Source: Eledone cirrhosa
Taxonomy: Eukaryota
Assembly: GCA_964016885.1 (NCBI GenBank)
Contig: OZ024740.1
Span: 349,866,001 to 349,930,000, forward strand
DNA: 64,000 bases
Direction of reading: 5' to 3'
The stretch's first letter is position 1. Each line of letters starts with the position of its first letter. Below, one piece after another: positions 1 to 13,454 of this stretch. Under the pieces are notes generated by a model that did not search any database, was not told the origin of the DNA, and saw only the letters and a program-made list of their open reading frames with translations. The position numbers were made by a program, and so were the translations under genes.

Positions 1-239
1 CGGATATACATATATAAATATACACTCACTCATACACACTCATACACACACACATACACACACATAGTTAGTAAGGTACTCAATACATTAGTAGAGTGTA
101 AGCATCTTGTTTAATATAGAACTGACTTCTACAGGACTGGAACTGTTTCATCCAGAAGAAATCATAAGGTTTAAAAATTCCCTAGACATGCCATTTGACG
201 GTGCCTCTACGATTCCGCAAGGAGTTATGGAATCTTTAT

Positions 240-280
<41 letters not shown>

Positions 281-284
<4 letters not shown>

Positions 285-840
285 AACAAGTATGACCCCG
301 ACGTATTGCGTACTTTGGTGCGTTATGGTCCATCTGGTTCCTTACCACATTTCTTTCGTTATATATATATATTAAGGACAAAATGAAAACACACACACAC
401 ATAGAACAAACAACCAACCAGTAACATGTAAATAAACAAATAAATAAATGAACATAAACACACACAGACACCCGGATGTGGCGCATGCGCAGACTGAGCA
501 CACAACACACACACAGAAACAAAATGGCGTAGGACAGAACAAAGGAGAGGCACAGAAACAAAGAAAGGAATCCCCAGTCACTGAAGAGGTTACAGAGTGT
601 GTGACGACAGAACTATGACTATATATAAACAACTATCTGGTTGTGGAACCAACCAACCAACCAGAAATTTATAAATTTATAAATTTATAAATTTATTATA
701 AATTTATTATAATAAATTGAAGTGAAAGCAACTGGTGCGTGTGTTTCTTATTGGCAACATGACCCTCCCAAAGTATAACAATATCGGTTTCAACACACGA
801 TTTCAGATAAAGAATCTTGCTAAACAAATTCAGAAACGAA
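281..840 (+). mobile_element. Non-coding Penelope/retrozyme-like element between (TA)n arrays, with a degenerate type I hammerhead at 576-620
   Basis: AGTCA-CTGAAGA-GGTTACA/gagtg/TGTGAC-GACA-gaac-TA-TGACT: stem I AGTCA/TGACT and stem II pair, but GAAA is mutated to GACA. AATAAA follows downstream. The 3' end recurs at 4813-4893. Confidence 0.5.
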
Positions 841-3238
841 ATATATATATATGAATGTATGTATAGTATATTTGGCAATATACCGTATGTTTAATTTAAA
901 ACATTTTGAAGACCATATGCTATCCCGTTCCGCGAAAGCATATACAGATTCACTTTTATAAACACATCTAGTCCTCTATAATATGATATCAGGTGAGGCG
1001 TATTGATGATCTTCTTAAATCCATAACTCTAGTTGGAGTCGTACAGTTACCGTCGTGATATACGGTGAGTCTTTGGCATTTTAAACCTGGTCTGAACACA
1101 GCCTATATCTTCCAATATCTTAGAGCGGACTTGAGAAAGTAATATAGAAGAAGAAACGACCACAGTACTGGGCTGGTACTTTTTTTATCGACTTCAAAAG
1201 GAAGAAAAGTAAAGTCGAGCCAAACCGAATACCGCAAATCATTCTATCCGACGGTCTCATGACTTAAGCACTGATGTAAAAGCCATCAAAAAGGTTTAGA
1301 ATTCGTATCACTCTGGGACAGTGAATTTGAAGATGGAGTGCAAGCCCTATTGGTGTAGAATGGTAATATTTGGTGAGGCCTATGACTTCAGAAAGGGACA
1401 TATACACTCTTCTATATATTATAGTGTGTGTATGTGGGGGGTCAGATTTTCTTTTTAGAAAATCAATGTGTGGCATTGGACGAAAAGTTTGAGAAACACT
1501 AATCTGAAATGATTCTGCGTCTTTCTATATTTATATATACACTCAATAGTTAAGGTGAAACAATGTCTGTACCCCTAACCCTGCAGGTCCCTGGGAATCC
1601 TGGAAGATAGGGCTAAGTTCAAAATTTGAAGAGGTTGCAATGTAAAATGAAGAAATACTCACAAAGAGAATGATATAAATAAACTTTGATATTTTTAAAA
1701 TGTTTCAAAATCTACTGTAACAGTCTATTTTACATTTTTTTTTTACACTGTGGTCTACGTCTGAAACTGTCTACCATTGAAACTCCAATTTAGTACACAC
1801 TATCAACAAAGTATCAACCATTTAAAACATTTTTATCCTGACAGTTATTTAACTAAGATTTATATATTTATATATTTCAAGTAAGAAACCAAGAAATTGA
1901 TTTTGTTTTTACTAAACATTCGGCCTTTTAAGGGGTCAGATTATTCAAAGCCTGGGTTCCATTGAAAAAATCATTTGAACGAAATAGTTGAAAACCACTG
2001 CTCTGCGTGGTAATTCAGTCTGTTAGAAATGGCAGTCAAATCTCTGTGGCCTAAACAAAAATAGTATTCAGTCACACATGCCAATCATTAAACAACACAG
2101 AAGCCCCTACATGGCCGCTTTTTCTCTTATTTTTAATGTTTTAGTCAGACGAGAATGGAAAATACATATGACCCTTTTCAATGACTAGTTGGAGGAAGAG
2201 GGCAATTTATTCCCAGATCAGAGACCTAGATCGAATGCTTGTGAACTCTGGTAAATACACCCATGCGCTTGGTCGTCGTATTAGATTTGATGACAGATTG
2301 AGAATACTGTGCCAAGAATACAAACGCTTCCCTGGACAGGTACCGATAATGTTTCCGTCTATAAAATTACATTAACGTAGATTTAATTGAGTCGAAGCTA
2401 TGGTAGACACTTGCCCAAACTACTATACAATAAAATCGACCTCGAAACCACGTAGTTGTGAAGGGAATTAGTTAACCATGCAGCCATACCGGTTGCACCT
2501 TAACTAAGACATTTAATCAAAATCTGAACGAAACCAGAATACTTCGGCATCGTTGGCCGAATCAATTTAGATGTTTGAGAAACCATGATGATGAGACTCA
2601 TATACTCAGAGTACTGAACTGGTTTCATCACTTATATTTGACAATTGAACGGCAGTTGTAATAGGTAACAAAATACTCATACATTACACAACACAAATAG
2701 ACATAGACACACAGACAAAAGCACATACAGAAACACACAATCACACGTAAACACATACACGCGCGCGTTTACTCCACCCCTTTCTCCATTTCTAAATCTA
2801 TCACAGTGCTCCTTGTCTCATCTTGAAGCAGTAACATGTACCAACACAAGCTGCATATTTACATCACAGATGTCGAGCTGACTTGTACATTTGTGCATTG
2901 GCCATAAATATTTCGCAATGACAATACAACAGGGATGCGATATTACGACTCTTCTCTAGGCAGCATGATTCCTTATCAAATTAGTTAAAAGCAGCTGTGC
3001 ACAGTGAGTGTAATAAATTACATACTGCAAGGAACTTATTTGATCATGCTGTGTAAATTGCATAATAAGTATAGTATATATATATATATATATATTTATT
3101 AAAATATCAGATTAAAGTTTAAGCAAAGAATCGCTGCTTAAATCGAGCCCTCTTTCGATTTTAGTCTTCAAATTTATTATTATTACTATATATATATCTA
3201 TATATATATATATGTGTGTATATATATCTTGTTATTCA

Positions 3239-3278
<40 letters not shown>

Positions 3279-3478
3279 TTAATAACAAGGAACTTTGAAG
3301 TGAATGATATATATATATACATATATATATGTGAGCGTATATATATATATATATATATATATATACGTAAATAAGAGCAACAGCTAACCTAGTATATAGA
3401 CTGTCACCAGACTAAACAAATAGTAACGAAGTAATAGCTGTATACTTCCCGGAAATTGCCTCATTTCAATAGACAAGA

Positions 3479-3921
3479 TTATGTATGTATGTATGTATGT
3501 ATGTATGTATGTATGTATGTATGTATGTATGTATGTATGTATGTATGTATGTATGTATGTATGTACGTATGTATTTATGTATGTATGCATGTACGTATGT
3601 ACGTATGTATGTATTTATGTATGTATGTATGTATGTATGTATGTATGTATGTATGTATGTATGTATGTATGTATGTGTGTGTGTGTGTACGCGCGTGTGT
3701 ATGTCTGTATATGCATATACAGACATACACACGCGCGTACACACACACACACACACACATAAATACATGCATACATGCATACATACATGCAAAATGTATA
3801 CATGCATATATACATATTGCACATACATACATGCATGCATGCATATATATGCACATATATACACACACACATGCACACACACATATATATTATATGCTTG
3901 TGTGTGCGTGTGTGTGTGTGT
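3479..3921. repeat. Compound (TATG)n/(TG)n/(CA)n microsatellite
   Basis: Directly visible; explains the MYVC/HTYI pseudo-ORFs. Confidence 0.97.
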
Positions 3922-4246
3922 AACAAAGAAGCAAAACTCCTTCAACAATCGTTGAAATTTAGTTGCATACTAAACCTTAGAAACGTCTTGCATATTTTGA
4001 CTCCTGCTTATAATTTAACACTTTCATTGCCGTCGAGGTTTTCGTGGGAAGTGCCGCCATGTTCTTGTGTTATTAGCACATTTTATATTTATCCAGATCA
4101 GTACACTACACAGTTGATATTATATATTGCTTTCTCAAGAACATCAAATTGCATTGGAAGGTAATACCTGGTGAGACATTTTGGACCAGTATAAGCTATT
4201 AACATATATTACAGTGTTTTCTCTATATGTGTCCATTGAAACGTCC

Positions 4247-4820
<574 letters not shown>

Positions 4821-4891
4821 ATACTTTGGGAGGGTCATGTTGCCAACACACGATTTCAGATAAAGAATCTTGCTAAACAAATTCAGAAACG

Positions 4892-4938
<47 letters not shown>

Positions 4939-4952
4939 TATGTGTATATATG

Positions 4953-5288
4953 CGCGGGGACATAGAAATAATCGGGCTGAATACCCGATCACTGGGAGTG
5001 AAGGACCCCTAGCCTTTGTCAGGGCATTCTTCTAGGAGAAGGCAACTCAGGAAACTGGGATAACACCGACATAAACCTGTGGCTCAGTAGTTACCGATGA
5101 TGTTGATCTTTTCTTCTTTTCGAGTTATAGCTACTGTCGCTCAGAGAGTAAGATTGGCTCAGTGTACAGTCTTTCCTCACTTTCAAGAAATCTTCACGCA
5201 CAGGCATTGCATGATAAAATTAATTAATAATTATTAATAATGGCATATCGTGCAATGGCCATACTCGATAACGAGAGGGCAGCCATCA
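4953..5288 (+). mobile_element. Short RTE-derived non-autonomous element (variant B) with (ATGT)n tail
   Basis: Shares CCCCTAGCCTTTGTCA..TTCTAGGAGAAGG with the longer copies. Its 3' end GGCCATACTCGATAACGAG..GGCAGCCATC is followed by an (ATGT)n tail. Confidence 0.7.
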
Positions 5289-5294
5289 TGTATG

Positions 5295-5346
<52 letters not shown>

Positions 5347-5424
5347 TGTATGTATGTATGTATGTATGTATGTATGTATGTATGTATGTATGTATGCGAT
5401 CGACAGTGTCTCTTTCTCCATATG

Positions 5425-6032
5425 TCAGGTCACCAGTTGATGCTATTGGTAACATGTATCCCAGTACAACCTGTCTCATGGTCGGGTCGTTGACGACTAA
5501 ACTGGAAACCCCACCAAGGTTTCTTGGCGAGGAGGGTGACTTTGAACATCCTGCAGGACTAAAAACAAAACCTGTCAAAGGGCAAAGGAGCTCTTAAGAG
5601 TCAATGGCCATCCAAAATCACCGGGAGAGATCACCCCTTAGCCTTTGTCAAGGCAGAATTCTAGGAGAAGGAAAACTTTGATATAACACCCGCAACCCTG
5701 ATGGTATCCAATGATGTTGACTTGTTCTTCTTTTTGGTAAATATCATCTTGGTTAAGAGAGTGGGACTGGCTTTGTGCAGTGCCTTTGCTCACTATAAAA
5801 GCTTCACGGCACAGGCATTGCTTTGTATCTGGAGATCTCTCTGCACTTGTCGTCACATGGTACCATGGGCCCAGCACTATGTGTCAATGATTGTCACAAG
5901 TGTAGTGTTTGTACCAGAGTTTTCAAGTCGCTGGCTGGACTAAAAAGTCACACTCGTTAAGCGCATCGGTAGGGGTTCTCCTACATGGATATAAAGTAGT
6001 GGCCGTACTCGAAAACAAGTTGGCAGACACCA
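5425..6032 (+). mobile_element. Bipartite RTE-derived SINE (RTE 5' UTR plus RTE 3' end), copy 1
   Basis: RTE-type 5'-UTR motif TAGGAGAAGGAAAACT.TGAT; the 3' part encodes a C2H2-like RTE C-terminus (CSVCTRVFKSLAGLKSHTR); terminal hairpin and (ATGT)n tail; near-identical to 7546-8151. Confidence 0.8.
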
Positions 6033-6062
6033 TGTATGTATGTATGTATGTATGTATGTATG

Positions 6063-7467
6063 TTCTTCTGGTTTTATAATTTCACAAAGTTTTACCAATA
6101 GAGAGAGAGTCGGTTTCTAACATAAACACAAGACTCTCTCATTGGAATTTACACAACATCAACTAGGTAGATATGTATGTATGCATGCATGTGTAGATAT
6201 GGATGTTATTGTATGTGTGGATGTGGATGTTTTGAGTTGTATGTATGCATGTGTATATGCTTTGTATCTGTACATGTGTATATGCAGTTATTAGATGCAA
6301 CATTTTTGGAATGTTTTACATATTTTTACTGTTCCATTAATGGATTGTACTTGTAATTTCCTGACTAGTTGTGTTCTTTCTGTTCCTGTGAAGCCTAGCT
6401 TCTCAAGATTTGTATTGAGGCAGTTACTAACATATCCCAGTGCCCCAATAATCACAGGCATAAATCTGAAGGTGTAATCAGGGTGGAGTATCTGCAGATT
6501 TCTCATCAGTTCTGCATAAATATTCTCCTTTTCACTAATCTTTGATATTATATTGGCATCTGTTGGGCAGCTAATTTCCACTACTGTGCATGTTTTCTTC
6601 TCCCTGTCCCATATCATAATATCTGGTCTGTTATGCCTGCATTTTATTGGGGTTTTTACTGGAACATTCCACCAGTACTCTTTCATATTATGTACATGGA
6701 TGTCTTCCACATTGTTGTAGCTTTTAATGTGTTTATTATCGGGGCTATCTTTTTTACGAACTGCATTGTACAGTGTTTTGGCCACTACATCATGCCTCAT
6801 AGGTAGATAGTACCTCGATGACATCTTTGGGCAGCTGCTGATGACATGGGTGATATCCTCGATGTTAGTTCTGCAGAGTCTGCACTTGTTATCACATCTA
6901 AGTGTTTTGCCTGCATCCCTATCTCTTTTGTAAATCAGGTATTTCGTGCTAATCTCCTGTTCTTGGATTGCAAAAGCGTATCCTTCAAAGTGGGAGCCAA
7001 TATAGCGGTTGTTGGTCCAAGATAGACTACTTTCCTTATCTATATTACTCTCACTCTGGAGCTTCCTGGCAACATATCCATGCATGAATTTTTGCTGATA
7101 GGCATGTAGTTTTTCATCCATGGATTCACTGCGATACTGCTGAGCGACATCGCTGGGTGTGAGTTTTTGATTATCACACAGGGAATATCTCTCAAGGAGT
7201 TCCTTCCCAACTCTCATGATCTTATCTATTTCATGCAGATAGACTTGCTCGAGAAGCGGGCTCCTAAGCTACGAGGTTCGTAGATGTTGTCGGAGAGATA
7301 TGATGCGACATTCAAATGTTGTCTGGACTGATGTTAGGCCTCTGCCTCCCTGCTTACGTTTCGAGTAAAGGCGGTCTATGTCACTGTTGATGTGGAAGTT
7401 TCCGGTGTTGTTCAGTATTTTTCGGGTTCCAACATCAACTGCTCGGATTTCGTCTATCGTGCTCGGA
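6063..7467 (-). mobile_element. 5'-truncated R4/Dong-clade non-LTR retrotransposon (end of RT, CCHC knuckle, restriction-like endonuclease, 3' UTR)
   Basis: ORF 6291-7217: AIQEQEIST..CRLC..EDITHVISSC..RHD..NRPDIMIWD..VVEISCP..PVIIGALG. Upstream [15 protein letters not shown]. 3' UTR hairpin at 6095-6145. Flanked on both sides by (TATG)n. Confidence 0.9.
6291..7217 (-). pseudogene. C-terminal part of the R4/Dong ORF: zinc knuckle plus PD-(D/E)xK-type RLE endonuclease
   Basis: 308-aa open segment with the motifs above; stop codon upstream and 5' truncation. Confidence 0.88.
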
Positions 7468-7545
7468 TGTATGTATGTATGTATGTATGTATGTATGTAT
7501 GTATGTATGTATGTATGTATGTATGTATGTATGTATGTATGTATG

Positions 7546-8151
7546 TCAGGTCACCGGTTGGTGCTACTGGTAACATGTATCCCAGTACAACCTGTCTCAT
7601 GGTCGGGTCGTTGGCGACTAAACTGGAAACCCCACCAAGGTTTCTTGGTGAGGAGGGTGACTTTGGACATCCTGCAGAACTAAAAACAAAACCTGTCAAA
7701 GGGCAAAGGAGCTCTTAAGAGTCAATGGCCATCCAAAATCACCGGGAGAGATCACCCCTTAGCCTTTGTCAAGGCAGAATTCTAGGAGAAGGAAAACTCT
7801 GATATAACACCTACAACCCTGATGGTATCCAATGATGTTGACTTGTTCTTCTTTTTGGTAAATATCATCTTGGTTAAGAGAGTGGGACTGGCTTTGTGCA
7901 GGCCTTTGCTCACTGTAAAAGCTTCACGGCACAGGCATTGCTTTATATCTGGAGATCTCTCTGCACTTGTCGTCACATGGTACCATGGGCCCGGCACTAT
8001 GTGTCAATTATTGTCACAAGTGTAGTGTTTGTACCAGAGTTTTCAAGTCGCTGGCTGGACTAAAAAGTCACACTCGTTCAGCCCATCGGTAGGGGTTCTC
8101 CTACATGGATATAAAGTAGTGGCCGTACTCGAAAACGAGTTGGCAGCCACC
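7546..8151 (+). mobile_element. Bipartite RTE-derived SINE, copy 2
   Basis: Same 5' start (TCAGGTCACC) as copy 1; CHKCSVCTRVFKSLAGLKSHTRSAHR* at 8012-8092; CTCGAAAACGAG hairpin; (ATGT)n tail to 8215. Confidence 0.8.
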
Positions 8152-8186
8152 ATGTATGTATGTATGTATGTATGTATGTATGTATG

Positions 8187-8215
<29 letters not shown>

Positions 8216-8217
<2 letters not shown>

Positions 8218-8585
8218 GTGTTGTCCCTTTCTTTTAATTTTGAGTTTATTTTTGACCGGCAGCCTTTCCAATGGCAATGTGATACAGAAGATTCAATGTT
8301 CGTCCTCCCATGTGCTACTGTCGCCCAGAGAGTGGGATTGGCTCAGTGCACAGTCCTTCCTCACTTCAAAAAAATATCTTCACGCACAGGCATTGTACGA
8401 TAGAATTATTTAATAATTATTAATAATGGTATATCATGCAATGGCCATACTTGATAACGAGGGGGCAGCCATCATGTATGTATGTAAGTGTTGTCCTTTT
8501 CTTTTAATTTTGAGTTTATTTTTGACCGGCAGCCTTTCCAATGGCAATGTGATACAGAAGAGGAAATGTTCGTCCTCCCTTGTGC
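8216..8585 (+). mobile_element. Two tandem short RTE-tail elements (8216-8473 complete; 8486-8585 partial)
   Basis: Both start AAGTGTTGTCC.TTTCTTTTAATTTTGAG. The first ends GGCAGCCATC-(ATGT)n like 4953-5288. Confidence 0.7.
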
Positions 8586-8589
8586 AATT

Positions 8590-9870
8590 GCCCATTTTTT
8601 GAATTGTAAGAATGTTTTACAGATTTTGAAGATTCCAGGTATCGTCATAAATGAAGCTTATAAATCAAAGACTTGCGTTCTTTCTCTACAAATTCAAATT
8701 CATTCATAATAATCGTTATGAAACTGAACGTGTATCTTGGGTACTAGATCTACAAGCTCCTCATCAATGGTCCATATATATATCCTTCTCTTGTATGTTT
8801 CTTACTAATTAACATCGAGTTGTTAATTGGTTTCTATAACAGAGTATGTTTTTAAAGTCTGGTCCTAAACTACAATATCAGATCGGTTGTGCTTCTTTTT
8901 AATTTTAGGTCCCACCAATATTCTTTTGAGCCATCAGTCTGAACATATTTCTCCCTATTTGTTGTTATTTTTGCCTTCCGTAATGCATTCCAGATCGTTT
9001 TATCTATTACATCATGCCCCATAGGAGATTGTATCGAAAAGACATTCTTTCACAGCTGGAAACAATGTGGCTAACATTTTCGGTCTCTGTTTTGCACAGC
9101 CTACATTTATTGTTTACTGATGACTTTCTTCTTTTGTGCACTAGGCACTTAGTGGGGATTTCTTGTTCCTGGATTCTATGGAGTTATTCTTCATGATGGG
9201 ACGTTTTAAAGTTGTCGAAACCCTATGCCTGGCTTTTAGTGTGGATTGCCTCCTTCATGGTTTGTATTTTTCGTCTCAAGTACCTATGTACACCCTTCTC
9301 AGAGAACTGGTCTATTTTTATTTTATTTTGCTCGAGTATTGAATTGAGTTTTCTAATATTCCTGGGAATGGGATTTGAGTCAGATTTTACTTCATGTCGT
9401 CCTAACAATGGTTGTCCTAACAATGTTCTTATTTCCATGCTCATAAACCTGAGCGAGGTTGTTGCTGACTCTTTTCTTCTGTTCAAGATGTTGCTTCAGT
9501 ATCCCTATTCGGGCTAGTACGATGTTAATATGGATATTAGTCTCCGGCCACGGAAATGTAGTCTATCCAAATCACCATTGATTTTGAAAATTTCAGTGAT
9601 ACTGAACAGCTTGTGAATCCTTACAATTATCCTGTTCAGTCCTAGCAATGACCAGTTCAGCAGGCTAAATGTTGGCGTTAGGATGGGCACAGCAGAAGTA
9701 TTATGGGCAATGTGCTTTTTGTACCTTGAGAGTTCTGATGATCTTATTCCTTTTATACTCTTGAGATATTCATTCCTGGTTCTCTCCTTGTTTATGGGTT
9801 CATTGTATCTGACATTTTCATCCTGACTAATATACCTATAATTGTCAAGTGACTGTTGACGTTGCGTCAT
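8590..9870 (-). mobile_element. Older, degenerate R4/Dong fragment
   Basis: YRYISQDEN..NEYLKSIKGI..SELS..AHNTSAVPILTPTF (late RT/thumb); ends GIFKICKTFLQF, homologous to GTVKICKTFQK in the younger copy; many frameshifts. Confidence 0.8.
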
Positions 9871-9879
9871 TAATTTTTT

Positions 9880-10695
9880 TGATTTTCAGAAGAGAGCACA
9901 ACTTATCCACGTTTTATCACCAACAATGTACATTTAGACTTGCCAATTTCATTACAATGTCTGAGAGAATTGGGTGATATTTGGCCAATACAACTTCAGG
10001 TCGTCGACAAAGAAAGGATGCGGGGATATTTTTGGTTCCTTTCCTATGACCACTGTTTTATGAGCAGGTATGATAATGGGTTTAACGTAAGGACGAAGAG
10101 CAACACTGACAAGCTATCACCCTGAAAGATGCCTTTTTGATAATGTATGGACACATCCTGCGGGCTGTGTCAGTTTTGTTCTTTATGTGGGTACTCCAGC
10201 TTAAGTTGCTATCAACAGTTACTCCAAGGTCTGTAGTGCTGTTAAATGACACGAAGCTTTCACCTGAGGAAGACAATATAGTAACTTAAGTGCATTCTCT
10301 TTCCAAAGTTGATTAACTCAAATTTATATTCGTTTAGAAGCATATTGTTCTTTTTTGCTCATTGGATAACAGCAAACAGATCCAGCTGAAGGAATGTCCG
10401 GTCTCGCATTTCATTGACGACTTTCAGGGCTTTAGAATCATTTGCAAAGTTTCTTATTTTGCTGTGCTTGATGACGTCTGTAATGTTATTTATGTAAATA
10501 ATGAAGAGAAGTGGGCCCAACACAGTTCCTTGTGGGATGCCACTACTGGCTTTGGTTGAGCTTGATCGTATGTCCTCGACCACGACATGCAGAAAATACT
10601 TAATCCACTGTAATAGCTTTCTGTACACTCCGATGTTGGATAGTTTCTTCAACAGAATGGTGTGATCTGCCCTGTCAAAGGCTTTGTTAAAATCA
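9880..10695 (-). mobile_element. CR1/L2-group LINE reverse transcriptase fragment
   Basis: DFNKAFDRADHTILLKKL..SSGIPQGTVLGPLLFIIYINNI..FANDSK; DLGVTVDSNLSWSTHI; 5' side cut by (CA)n. Confidence 0.88.
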
Positions 10696-10807
10696 ACGCA
10701 CAGACACAGAGATACACAGAGACACACAAACACACACGCACACAGACACACAAACACACACAGACACAGACACAGACACACAGACACACACACAGACACA
10801 CACACAT

Positions 10808-10909
<102 letters not shown>

Positions 10910-11276
10910 CTTATTACTTTCTATCTTCTTGGTCTTTGTCCTTTAAATTTGATACCTGACTATCTTAGACAGTAATAGAGCAGCCGATCCGTTGGTGGTT
11001 TAGTGATTACGAAAATTATCCATAATATCATTCTGTTAGGCTGGGGCTAGTACTGCCATTAAAAAAAATGGTTCATATCAATTTGACAAAATAAAAGTGC
11101 AAGATATCTTTGGAGTAATCGGCCTCACTGTTGCCCAGCATGCAATCGTTACGTTGTTCGAGTCTCGTGGGAGAACCTTTCTCTCCTTTGTGTCATAGAA
11201 TGGAGTTTGTAAATATGCTTAATATATATATATAGTTTAATATGTATATATATATATAGTTATATATATATATATA

Positions 11277-11389
<113 letters not shown>

Positions 11390-11429
11390 TATGTATGAAT
11401 ATATATATATATGTATATATATATATAGG

Positions 11430-11517
<88 letters not shown>

Positions 11518-11835
11518 TATGTATGTGTGTGTGCATTTCATTGCTTGCATACATATATGTATCAAAATATCACAGACTGTCATAAGTATAATTAGGTATT
11601 GTTATCGTTTACTTTTGTATGTATGTACACGTTTTTGTTTTGTTTTGTTTTTATATACTAACTAAAATAAAATAATAAGTAATCACAAAAAATATTTCGA
11701 TCGCAAAAAAATTTAAAGAAATAATTGAACAAAATTATCTTTATAGCCTACCCAAATTATCGAAGCTATTAAGCTGTCAACATTCATGTTGGCAGCTAGC
11801 AAAATGCTGAATTATCAACATTATGTATATGTATA

Positions 11836-12025
11836 TGGGTGGTGGATTGGCAGTATCGGTAGAGGGTCGGACGCCATGCTTTCCAGCATAGTTACGTCCC
11901 TTTACGATCTAAGTTCAAATCCCGCCGAGGTTGACTTTGCCTTTCATCCTTACGGGGTCGATAAAATAAAGTACCAGTAATGCACTGGGATAATTGCTGG
12001 CCTTGTGCCTAAAGTAGAAACAATT
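11836..12025 (+). mobile_element. tRNA-derived SINE with MetaSINE/MESC-like core
   Basis: Box A-like TGGCAGTATCGG, box B AGTTCAAATCC, core GCCTTTCATCCTTACGGGGTCGATAAAATAAAGTACCAG, tail GGCCTTGTGCCTAAAGTAGAAAC; more than 12 related copies in the window. Confidence 0.85.
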
Positions 12026-12535
12026 ATGTATATGGTGTTAATAGCCCATGTCACTTGTGAAAGCAGATGTAGTTATTAAGGTAGTTATACCACTAGGAAA
12101 CGCTTAGGTTATAGGAATGTATTGATTTCTTACATTGGTACAAAACCTCAACTTTTGGTGGATAGGCATAGTCGACTGTGTGTATGTGTATGGTCCCGTA
12201 AGCCCAGATAGAATCGTAGGAGCGCCGTATTGACAAAGTTTCAGCCTCTACCGTCTGCGCACCACTTGAGAATCACTGTTTTGATGTCTAATTTAAGGTA
12301 CAATTAATGAGGCAAGGGAAGTAGATTAAATCGACATCAGTAAAATTGTCTGATATTTTATTTCATCGATCCCAGAAAGATAAAAATTTAAGTTGACTTC
12401 AACAGGATTTGAACTATTATTAACAAATAAAGAAGGGAAAAGGATCCGTAACTCCTTAACACTTGATAGAGTCGTATGAGCGCCATATCTTGACAAGATA
12501 TCTTGCATACTTTAAACTTCTTGAAGTTCATCCCA

Positions 12536-12578
<43 letters not shown>

Positions 12579-12581
<3 letters not shown>

Positions 12582-12948
12582 AATGAATAATAACAGGTAG
12601 ACATCAAAAAAGGTAATTTATTCCGTGTGCTTACAAATGTTTCCACGGTGGTACTATAGCCTAGTTATGCTATGTGCAAATTTACAAGTATTAAATACTT
12701 GTAAATTTGCACATAGCATAACTAGGCTGTAGTACCACCGTGGAAACATTTGTAATCACACGGAATAAATTACCTTTTTTGATGTCTACCTGTTATTATT
12801 CATTCTTATATACACTCCGGAATACAGAAGGATCAGGAACTAAGTTTCTTCAACAATTCTTCCATAACTCGTAGAGTAACCTCTCACCGTACGTCAACCA
12901 TATCCAGTGTAGTAATTAACCATTACTACATCTTGGGTAATCCTATAC

Positions 12949-12951
<3 letters not shown>
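12579..12951 (+). mobile_element. Penelope-like 3' fragment with a 114-bp fold-back palindrome (12579-12807)
   Basis: Arms 12579-12692 and 12694-12807 are reverse complements with about 2 mismatches and a 1-nt loop; HHR 3' half GAAAC-ATTT-GTA at 12743-12754; embedded in (TA)n. Confidence 0.65.
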
Positions 12952-13044
<93 letters not shown>

Positions 13045-13166
13045 ACAATAGACCCTCCTAACATCTTAAACTTCGCATTTTCCTCTTTATATATATACTC
13101 CGTCTCCTTGTTTTTAGGAAGTAATATGACGTTGAGTGCTAGAAGTGAATTGCATCCTTGTATACC

Positions 13167-13205
<39 letters not shown>

Positions 13206-13240
13206 AATGAAAGTACACCATATTCGAAGCTCTAGCCGCA

Positions 13241-13391
<151 letters not shown>

Positions 13392-13402
13392 TATATATAT
13401 AT

Positions 13403-13448
<46 letters not shown>

Positions 13449-13454
<6 letters not shown>

